From: Schmidtea nova
Taxonomy: Eukaryota
Assembly (NCBI GenBank): GCA_044892505.1
Contig: CM097882.1
Coordinates: 131,812,001-131,854,251 of the forward strand
DNA: 42,251 nt
Reading direction: 5' to 3'
Positions 1 through 9,540 of this stretch are shown here, piece after piece; position 1 is the stretch's first letter; every line of letters starts with the position of its first letter. Both the position numbers and the translations under genes were made by a program. The notes beneath the pieces were generated by a model, which ran no database searches, was not told the origin of the DNA, and saw nothing but the letters and a program-made list of their open reading frames with translations.

Positions 1-2378
1 TGTGATATCGTGGGGGGGGGGGTATTTTTTTGAAATAATATATATTTATATATATAAAAAATATTTCCAAAATTAAAATAATAACAAAAATTTTATAATT
101 TTTTTTACAAATTTTAAATTTATAAATTTTTAAGAGTTAGACAATAATAAAATCTCTAATTTTATAATATAAATTTTTGGATTCGAATTTTTATATTTTA
201 AGGAAATATATATATATATATATTAATTGTAAATTTTTCTATGAAATTTCGAATTTGGAATTTTATAAAATGACAAAATCTTTGATATAATAATAATATT
301 TTCGATTTATAATTTGCATGTGTTCCAATACAATTTTTGATTAACAATTTTTTTTATTATAAATTTTCCGCAATATAATAAAAAGTAAATTTTTATTTTT
401 ATGATCAAAAACGAAATCTACATAATAATAAATTTTTATCCACAAATTTCGCAATCCAAATAAGAATTCAATCTAAAAATTCTGTATACTAAATAAAAAT
501 AAAATTAAAATAAATTGTAAATTTTTTCAAAGAATGGTTTTCGACATCAAGTAAGGTGAATTTCGGTTTCGTTCGAGCATGAATTTCCCAACCAAAGTGC
601 GCGAGAATTTTTTGAGACACTCTACTTGGGAACTTCAGGCTCCCGAAAACAAGGTTCGCTGGAGAAAATTATTTAGATAATGAATGAGGTTTAATTCAGA
701 TCAATCAATATTTGTCTTCATAATTCGTTTCATTTCTTGATCATTATATCAGCTTTGAGCATTCTTTCAAACGATTCTCTTTCAATATTAGCTTTTTACT
801 CTACTGGTGTTTTTTGGATAAGATGGTAATTGTTGTGAGAGTGAAGGCGAATGACGAGTAGAATATTCTTGTACAATTAAACTATGTAAATGGAAAAGAC
901 ATTGATGGATGAATTGACATTTACGTTTTTATGCAGTATTAGGTTTTAAGTGCTCATTATGTAAAAAAAAATTATAATTCAAATAAACTACACTTCTATA
1001 AATTTTAGATCATTAATATAACACCTTGCCCTTGGCCAAGCCACTGTTCCCCAGTTGGGATAAAGTGATCATGGATGTTTGGGCGTATCACCTGAACTCG
1101 GAAATATGGGCTGATCGATTACGAATCTAACCAGCGATCCACTCAGGCTACTTCCACCCGCTCGGCACAAGGCCAGAAACAGGTTTCGGGGGGTATGGAA
1201 GAAAAAGGAATTATTACTTTTATCTTGGTACAATAATTATTATTATAAAATAAATTTTTATTCCATCTGAGAGTTTATGACATGATTAAATTCAAAAAAT
1301 GAAAAACAAAGAAAAACAACTTTCATTTAATATTTTGGATAATAATTAAAATTGATGATGATAATATAAGAATAATAATCAATAATATAAAATTAACAAT
1401 AATAAAATAATACTGGGTACGGGGCAGGACCGTGCCTGGCCAGTGTTCATTGCGTGTACAGCACGCAGGTGGCTTAATCAACAAGGAAATTATTAAAGAA
1501 ATTGTTTAATGAATTTGTAAAAAAAATTAGTTAATTGAAATTCTATATAAAAATATAATTTATGGAATTTTCTTAAAAAATGATTCAAATACTATTTGTA
1601 TTCATTTCAGTTTCTTCTTTATTTTTTTCTCTTTAAGAAAGTCATAAGAAATTCTTATAATAGTTGGGCCAGGCAAATCAGTCATCATCTGAAAAGTAAT
1701 ATAAAATCAATAAAATAAATTTACAAAAAACAACAACAAAATAAATTACCATCACCAAGAATGCAGCAAATAAGCGGCAGAATCTAAAAGTAACAAAGCA
1801 TAAATCAAAACAGCAATAACAATAAAAACTCACCCATGCGGAAAGCAGAAAATCTGAAAGGGCCAGCTCAACCTGAACCTTTCGCGATGGTTCATTCAAA
1901 TGACAGATGACGCAGAGCAACCTCGCTGGATACTATGCTCCGGGATCATGACAGGCTCCGGTGTAGCGACACTGGGGAAATCCAGCTCTATCCTCACGCG
2001 CCAGGGAGCGTAACATTGGAGCCCCATCCAGAGCCGAATGATCTCCGATTATGGGAGGTGTTTGCACACAAAGACAAGCTTTGTTGGCACCCGTCCCCGG
2101 AACTATACCAAGCCGACGGAAAGAGACAGGATGACCGAAACGCGGATCAAGAATTGCGACCTTTTTTCTAAGAGGAAGACGTTCGTAGCCGAACACACAA
2201 GCCCTAATGTAATTGTATCATAAATGAATAAATTTTCCTTAAAAAGTCTTGTGATGGTTTCCGAGTGATTGTCGACGAATGTTTGAGTGGATAGGAAGTG
2301 GAAGCATAATAACGACATACCTAGGGACCAACCAACAATTATGTCTTCACAACTCAGATTAAATGCCCCTTTTTGTAG

Positions 2379-2936
2379 ATGAATACGGAAAACTCTCGCG
2401 ATTACAAGAAAGAAGCATGGGAACATAAAGCCCGCTCTAAAGTTCTCGAGAGCCGATTGCGCCGGTTGAACGAAGACCACCAGCGCGTCAAAACCACTTG
2501 GTTTAACCCGGAACGGGTCAAAAAAATACTACAAGCCCGATACCGCGCCGAACGGATGGCCGAAGACCAAGCGAGAGAAATGGCCGCAGTCAAACTGGAA
2601 CTGCATAACTACCTAAAGGTATCCACGCAGGAGTTCGTCACCCAGCAATTACGCTCAATGATCCGGGCGAGTACATTCAATAGATGGGTGGACACGATGG
2701 CCATCACTACAAGTACTCAGACGGAGATAGAGTCGAACTCTACGACGACTACCCCAACCATAGCAACCCCTCTGGAAGGCTCCAAGAGGACAAGGCGTCG
2801 CAACCGCCTGGGAGCGAAGAAACGACGTGAGCGCCGAGCGTATGCCGAACGACTAGGCATTGAAGTAGATTTCTTAAGCGGACTCACTGAAAAACAGTTA
2901 TTGGATGTGATTAACCCGTCGGTATTCCTGAATTGA
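2379..2936 (+). CDS. LTR-encoded 185-aa basic protein (coiled-coil-like N-terminus, Thr-rich linker, Arg-rich motif KRTRRRNRLGAKKRRERR)
   Basis: ATG-to-TGA ORF in a GC-elevated island, intact in both LTRs with 2 aa differences. No family recognised. Confidence 0.55.
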   Translation: MNTENSRDYKKEAWEHKARSKVLESRLRRLNEDHQRVKTTWFNPERVKKILQARYRAERMAEDQAREMAAVKLELHNYLKVSTQEFVTQQLRSMIRASTFNRWVDTMAITTSTQTEIESNSTTTTPTIATPLEGSKRTRRRNRLGAKKRRERRAYAERLGIEVDFLSGLTEKQLLDVINPSVFLN

Positions 2937-3081
2937 AATAAATGTATAATAACTGATTGACTTGATTTGTGTGTCTGTGGCATGTTTGAGAAGTTAAAAA
3001 ACAAAGTAAATTAAACTGATTCATTTGAGGTCACAGGCACCCTAAACATTGAATTTACCCTAGTACAACGAGAGGAGCGCA

Positions 3082-3145
3082 TATAATTGGGACCGAAAGA
3101 AATCCACAGAAACCTTCAATCGGTAGTGGTGGACCCGTGAATAAA
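3082..3145 (+). promoter_or_regulatory. Candidate TATA-like box (TATAAT, 3082) and poly(A) signal (AATAAA, 3140) of the B LTR
   Basis: Motif order and position near the LTR 3' end fit a U3/R boundary; short motifs are weak evidence in AT-rich DNA. Confidence 0.3.
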
Positions 3146-3303
3146 CAAGGGAATAGTAGCCGCAAGGTTGCTCACCTGCCTTGTCATTTCACAACGTTGA
3201 CACAGCACCAACATGATGAGTAGTTAGGGATACATCATGGGTGTCAGCGGGGATATGTTTTTATGTTGGCGAGATCACCCTAACGTGTAAAATCTAAATG
3301 ATC

Positions 3304-3855
3304 TCAGTTGTCCATCTTTGGTGGGCATAAACACGAATGTTTTGATTGCGTTTGAATTGAGAAAAGATGCCACTTTAGGCTGTTGATCGTTCCTTTAGAT
3401 AGGTTATAGAATAAACCTGCTAGATTTGATTTGGCAGACATTAATGCTCCGTTTCCATCCGTGCGACGAACATAGATTAATGAATAGTTTAAATATTGCC
3501 CAAGGAAGTCATTGTAACGACGTCGTAGCAACATACCCAAATTAACATGATGCATAATTCCTCGGTTTGTTAATCCTCCAATCCCATTAGGCCGCTTGTC
3601 TTCCCTATTCTTATCAGTTGGATATATTATAACAGTTGCTCTATCTCCATGTCGATATAAAACATGGGCATGCAATAGTTGTTTGTCTGTAGCAGAACAC
3701 TGATAAATTTGGTAATTCACGATAAGTGTAAAGAAGCATAAAATAATCATAATCAATGTTTTTGAATATCTATTGGATATTAGCTTAATCTGAGGAGGAT
3801 TCATATTGGCATTTCTCCAATTAAAAAGATCCAAAGAGAGAATTGAATTAGGCAT
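3304..3855 (-). pseudogene. Captured histidine acid phosphatase N-terminal fragment in the 3' LTR of A (truncated copy)
   Basis: HVLYRHGDRA...GLTNRGIMHHVNLGMLLRRRYNDFL...IYVRRTD...LMSAKSNLAGLF follows the lysosomal/prostatic acid phosphatase pattern (RHGDRSP...GQLT...G...LRKRY...YIRSTD..RTLMSA..NLAALF). Confidence 0.8.
3312..3316. repeat. Target-site duplication CCATC of element A (partner at 11387-11391)
   Basis: CCATC flanks both ends of A and occurs once at the empty site in the 3' LTR of B (33911-33915). CCATCT (6 bp) is an equally valid reading. Confidence 0.9.
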
Positions 3856-4396
3856 TCAATGTAGAAGTAGATTAGAAACTATTTTATAATACAAAAAACT
3901 CTATTTCAAATAATTCAATAAATTGAATTAATTTCACAAGATATATTTTTTTAAATTAACTCTTAAACCATTTATTTTTTTAAAACAGGAATATTTACCC
4001 CAAGAATTTAAACAACAAACACCAAGTAAATAAATGTAAATGTAAAAAATTAAAATATATCATTTTTACTAATTATTTTGCCAGTTTAACCACAATGACC
4101 GATGTTTTATCGCCTGAAGAATATGAAATTTTGAAAGAAATTAATTCAATTTCTAAATGTAATGATATCAACAATTTCCAAATAATGCAAATTGTTCGAA
4201 ATTTAAACTCAACATATTCTCACGTTAGAATGAAATGTTTAAAAGTAATGGGCCAATTTATGGATCCCTTGAGTCATTTTCCATGTGGTTCATCTAATAC
4301 TTTTGATATTGTTCAGTGGTTTACGCAGGATCAATTTCATGGTTTGTGAAATATCATTTGAGAGAATTTTGGGTATCGGCTTTCTAGACCACTACA
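3319..4396 (-). repeat. 3' LTR of element A
   Basis: Matches 10309-11386 at offset 6990; only 3 substitutions spotted (3453, 3468, 3712). Minus strand starts TGTAGT and ends CACCA. Confidence 0.93.
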
Positions 4397-4408
4397 TTAG
4401 CCCCCATC
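4397..4408 (-). promoter_or_regulatory. Polypurine-tract-like sequence of element A
   Basis: Minus strand GATGGGGGCTAA directly precedes the 3' LTR start TGTAG. Confidence 0.5.
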
Positions 4409-4610
4409 GGAAGATGCGGAGCACATTTTGAATTACTATAATGTAGATACGTAATATAGTAGTTTAGTATATAATAATATGGTATTTTGTAGTGTCCAGA
4501 AAGTATTTGGAAAGAGTCGTGAATGAAATAGAATAACCTGAGAAAGAATTGCGAAAGAAATTTAGGAAACCGAAAAAAAAACTAATAGAACTTGGTGGAA
4601 AGTGGTGCAA

Positions 4611-7600
4611 TTAATTTGAATAGATTCTTATAAGTCTAGTTGTTGAATCCGGTTTTTGATTAATAGAACGGACACGAACCCATTTGTTGTAAGTGACGGA
4701 CTTTGGTTTATTTTGTGTTTGCTTAGCTTTCCTCAAAATGGGTGGTAAACGAAGTACGTCATTCGGTTCTGGGATAAACGGTATGTATTCAGATTTTTCC
4801 GTCATTTTGTTTTCTGCGTCTGATGTTTGAACAATCGGGTATGAAGGTGAGTTGTTGGAAAGATCGTCCTCAGTGGAATTGATAGGGTCATTATCGTTTG
4901 TGTGAGAGTTCGGGATTATATCGGTTTGGGTCGAGAAATTGTCAGGTGGAGGTTCATCATCGAGCAAAACTAAAGCTGGTTTAAGACGGCAGAGGTTAAA
5001 TGTTTGTGTAGCGTCGTTAACGATCACTTTCGCGTTGTTTTCTTTAATCTCGACGAGCTTGTAAGGTCCGGAATATCTTGGCTTTAAACTTGCATCAGTT
5101 ATATTTCTAATATAGACGTGTGATGCATTTTCGAATGTTTTTGGAATGTAAGGTTTATAGGTTGTCGCGGAAGAGAATTCAGGATTAGTGTCGATTGATA
5201 AAAAATGGTCTCTAGCAATCGCGAGATCTTCCAAAGTAGGAGAGTTATCAAAGTCGACAAGTTGACCTGGTAATGATGTGTTTGTACCGAAAAGTAATTG
5301 AGCAGGTGATGATCCTGTAGTCCTAGAAGGTGTATTTCGCCAACCTAATAATACGAAAGGTAAAACCTTTGTCCAACCTTGTTGTTCAGAAAGAATGCCA
5401 AGAGAAGCTTTTAAAGTACGATGGAAACGTTCGACTAACCCGTTTGTGGATGATATGTGGTCGTACGAAGATGTTGTATCCCAAGTTTAGCGGTCAAAGC
5501 TTGAAATAAGTAAGATTCAAACTGTGTTCCGCGATCACTGATGATCGACTTGGGAACTCCATATCGTGAAATCCAATTTTGAATTAGCGAAGTTGCGATG
5601 GTGTTAGAAGAAATGGTGCGTAAAGGAATGACTTCGAACCAACGAGTCTTGCGGTCGATCATGGTTAATAAGTAAGAAAAACCGCAGTCACTTGGGACTG
5701 GGCCGATGATGTCAATGTGTAAGTTTTCGAAACGGTTGCCAGTGGGATAATGAATTATTGGAGGTTTAGTGTGCTTAGTTATCTTAAAACGTTGGCATCC
5801 TATGCATTGTGCAACCCAGAGTTTAACATCATGTCTCATGTTTGGCCAAACTACACACGTGTGTAATAGATTAAAAGTGGCTGAGGAACCTGGGTGGTGC
5901 GTGTTGTGGATAGACAGAAAAGCCAGTTTTCTCATGGAGTCATTCAAGATTGGGCGAAGAGTGCCAGGAAGAGATGAGTCGTAGTGAATTTTGTCTTTGA
6001 TTATGTGTTTGTCGCCAAATTTCGAAATATCAATGGCATCTGGAGGATTATTTTGGAGTTCGTCGATAGAAAATAAAGGACAGTGGATAATTGCGTTTAC
6101 ATTTCGTGAAAGGCAATCAGCTATAATGTTATCACTGCCGGCGATGTGGTATATTTGGCAAGAAAATTCGCTAATATAGCTAATCTGGCGTTGTTGTCTC
6201 GGAGAAGGGTCTTTCATTGAGAACAAGTAAACAAGTGGCTTGTGGTCTGTATGGATGCTAAAAAGACGGCCCTCGAGTAAATGCTTAAAATGTTTAACCG
6301 ACTGGTAAATAGCGAGAAGTTCGCGGTCGAATATTTTTGTTGTGGTGAGGTAAGTTTCTTTGAGTAAAATTCTAGTGGCTCTGGGATGTAACCGTTTATC
6401 TGGTGCAAAACGGCACCGATTGCTATGTTTGACGCGTCTGTGGTTAAACGTAATGGCAAATCTCCTCGTGGATAATGCAAAGTCTGTATGTTTGAAAGGG
6501 CTGTTTTGGCATGCTCAAAAGCGAGCAACGAAGTATCGTTCCAAGGAATTATAGATTTCTTTGGTTTAGAACAGTAACCAGAAAGAGGTGAAAGAATTTC
6601 TGAAATTTTAGGAATAAAACGGTGGCAATAGTTTACTGTTCCCAGAAAACTCCGAAGTTGAGTAACAGTTTGTGGAAGAGGAAACTTAGATATAGTATCT
6701 AGTCTGTCGGATGGTGGACTGACGCCTTGACCCGAGATAATGTGACCTAAAAAACGGACTTCTTCTTTAAAAAATAAACACTTATCTAAATTAATTTGTA
6801 GGTTATTGGAAGAAAGTGCGCAAAGAACTGCATCTAAATGTTTTTTGTGTGTTTCCGCATCCTTAGAACCAATAAGGATATCGTCAATATAAGGAATTGC
6901 GAATGGTAAATCCATTAAAATATGGTCGATGTGTCTTTGAAAGGTTTGAGCGGAATTTCTAAGGCCAAACGGCATGAAAACGTACTCAAAAAGTCCGATA
7001 GAGGTGTTAAAACTGCGGTTTTTTCCACGTCAGATTCTTTAACTGGGATTTGGTGATAGGCCTTAACTAAGTCGATAGTTGAAAATATTTTGGCCTCGGT
7101 AAGTCTGTACAAAATGTCGTTTACTAAAGGCATAGAATATGAGTCGTGAACCGTAATCATATTTAAACGACGATAATCTCCACAAGGTCTGAAAGTTCCG
7201 TCTTTCTTTGGTACGAGATGAAGTGGTGAAGACCATGGAGATTTAGATCTTTTTATAATGCCTTCGTTCAACAAAGTAGCGAATTCGGAGCGAACAAAAT
7301 CTAGTTTTTCGTTCGAAAGAGGGCGTACTTTACAACGTACCGGAAGAGAGTTTGTGGTGTTGATAGTATGGCAGTAAGATGTTACAGAGACTTGCTTTCG
7401 TAAAGGCATTGTTTGTGAAAATGTGTATTTATTTAAAATGTCTGTAGCAATCTTTGGATGAATGGGTTGAATGGCAGTAGATACAGAAACGTCAGATGAG
7501 TCGGAAATGTTGAGTTTTTTTGTGTCAATGATTAAAGACGAATTTGTGTGCGAATGTGTTCTCAAAAGGCGTGAACGACAATCGACCAACAAATTGTGTG

Positions 7601-7960
7601 AACTCAAAAAGTCTGAGCCAAGAATGGGATGGATAACGTCAGCGACACAGAACTTCCATATAAAAGATTGATTTAAAGAAGGAAGAACGAAATTTGCTGA
7701 AAAAGAACCGTGTGTATTTACCATGGTTCCGTTGGCGGCTTTCAAGGTATAAACGGAATCATCGCAAAGAGATTCATATTGTAAAGGAAGAATGGAGAGG
7801 CTGGATCCTGTGTCAACAAGAAAATCGAGAGTACTGCAAAAGTTCGGAGCAACGCTGAAAGAAGGGGATTCAGCTCTCACTAGAAATAAATCGAGTGCAG
7901 GAGGTAATTTGCCATCAACTTCAGCCGCAATGAGTGATGGCATTACAAGTTTTTTTGAAT
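4611..7960 (-). pseudogene. pol: pol of element A (protease, RT, RNase H, integrase with GPY/F), broken by 3 frameshifts (~7005, ~6325, ~5440)
   Basis: FLVDTGSS (PR); WSSPLHLVPKKDG, GDYRRLN, DLVKAYHQIP, MPFGLRN, YIDD (RT); TDASNIAIGAVL, FYSKKL, TDHKPL (RH); HHCC, HIDIIGP, ISDRGTQF, VERFHR and GPYK (IN). Confidence 0.95.
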
Positions 7961-9186
7961 GTTGTTTGGAGAAGATGGTGGGGAATTGTAGGATTTGCAA
8001 CCTACGATGCATTTGTTTGCTTTATCCCCAAATCGTGCGTGATAAATGCACTTATCAATGATTTTTAGGGTAGCTACTTTGTTTCGCCAGCCACATCCTA
8101 TGTTGCAACAATTTGCTTTCGTCCCATATTTGGTATGATAAAAGCAAATGTTTGAATAAGCCGGGGATTTGGAACGTCGTCGGTCAAACGCATTGGAAAG
8201 TGATGCATTTCGAGACGGAGATTTATGACGTTCCAAATGCGAAATACTATCGGTAAGGTCGCGAATGGCGCAAAGAAGAGCGTTTTCTGTTGATGATGGG
8301 ATCGGCGGGCTTGCGATAGGAAGGCTATTGACAGATGAGCCTGGTGTACCACCTAACGGAACAATTTCATGAATTTTGTCCGCCATTTTTGCTAATTCGT
8401 GTATATCTACCGGAGACGATAAAGCAAGTATCTGTTGTGTGTGTGTGTCGGAAGTACACTTAAAAAGAACTGGCGTAGCATGTTTTGGTCGGGTGCTGTC
8501 CCATTTTGCATTTGTTCGAGGTCTGTAAAAGCCTTCTACAAAAATTCTGTCGGCTTACAACTTCCTAAAGATTGGGCTTTGAAATATTTTGAGAATATTT
8601 CCTGTTTGGGGACTTTAAATAAATCCAGCAGTCCTGTGCTGAGCTCCTCAAAAGGGGTTAAAAAGGTTTTTTGCGTTGTGCGGCGAATAACGGCAGAAAG
8701 GCGGCCTAAATGTTCCTGTGGGATGAGAGATAATATTCTATAGAATTTATCTCTTGAAGAAGTAACGCCGCAACTTTCTAAAAGGGCTTCGAGTGTGAGT
8801 AACCAAGTTGATGGTGATTGGTTCTCATCTAAAAAGAACGGACAATTAATATTTTGTCTAGAGTTACTGTCGGAAGAAGCAGCGCCTCGAACATTTCTTT
8901 GCTTTTTAGGCAAAGGTTTGGGCTTTTTATCGTCGTATTCGTTGTCATCATCTATACTTGATGGTGCGCCGCTATACAATGGTACATGACAGAACAGCAA
9001 AGAATCCGAACATATGTCAGAACTTAAAAGTGAGTCCTGATTCCTTAATATTGCGCCATTATAAGATATGTATGTCGGTCCCTCGTACGACAAGCGCTTG
9101 CATATTAATGTAGATAGTTTTGATATAGTCGTGTCCTGGGCTAGTTTGAAGTGGAATGTGAAGGAGGAAACCCTTACGAATATTGA
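7943..9186 (-). pseudogene. gag: Ubiquitin-like domain (8968-9186) fused to Gag of element A; one in-frame TAG at 8536-8538; two CHCC motifs
   Basis: PFFLDENQSPSTWLLTLEALL..CGVTSSRDKFYRILSLIP is the capsid N-terminus typical of this gypsy group. The frame continues past the TAG into ORF 7943-8386 with CFYHTKYGTKANCCNIGC and CIYHARFGDKANKCIVGC. The true start codon is not identified. Confidence 0.8.
7949..7955 (-). promoter_or_regulatory. -1 ribosomal frameshift slippery heptamer A AAA AAC at the gag/pol junction of A
   Basis: Gag frame reads CAA AAA AAC TTG TAA; a -1 shift gives AAA AAA CTT GTA ATG, which is the pol frame. Confidence 0.7.
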
Positions 9187-9540
9187 CAAAGACCTATAGG
9201 ATATGCGACGTAGCTTAAAATTCGGAAGGTTGGGCGGCTCCGTTAATTTTAATAATAATGATTTTAATAATAATGATATAAATAATAATAATATATAATA
9301 ATAGAAATTTAATATAATAAAATATGCTAACGTAACTCCGCAGCGATAATGGGGGCTGATCTTCTGTTCCGAAAAGAGAAGAAAATCTGTTAATATTGGA
9401 ATTTCTGTGACTTTTGAATTTAATGGAGCTTTTAATAGGTAATTATCGTTGTTGGTGTTAAAGTTCATTTTCGAGGGAGCTGGTGAAAAAATTACGATAG
9501 ATTTGATGTTATTGCAATTTTTCATGTTGATTTGTGTTGC

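Larger units (their letters stand above)
1..3316 (+). repeat. 5' LTR of element B, main part (interrupted by element A, resumes at 11387-11408)
   Basis: 482-3316 aligns to 31081-33915 at offset 30599 with about 15 substitutions seen by eye. The empty site GTCCATCTAACCAACACACCAGCA is intact in the 3' copy (33909-33932). Confidence 0.85.

Noticed and set aside
1076-1085. TGTTTGGGCG as the true start of the B LTR
   Set aside because: The diverged relative at 36116-37340 and the copy at 31081 are colinear across this point, and no TSD matches. The 28598 junction is better read as a deletion.
1678-2223. Short ORFs in the B LTR (1678-1920, 1935-2171, 1933-2196 and copies)
   Set aside because: They straddle a deletion junction at ~1863 and have no recognisable motifs. 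They may be the tail of a decayed ORF starting in 30490-30787, but the frame cannot be chosen.
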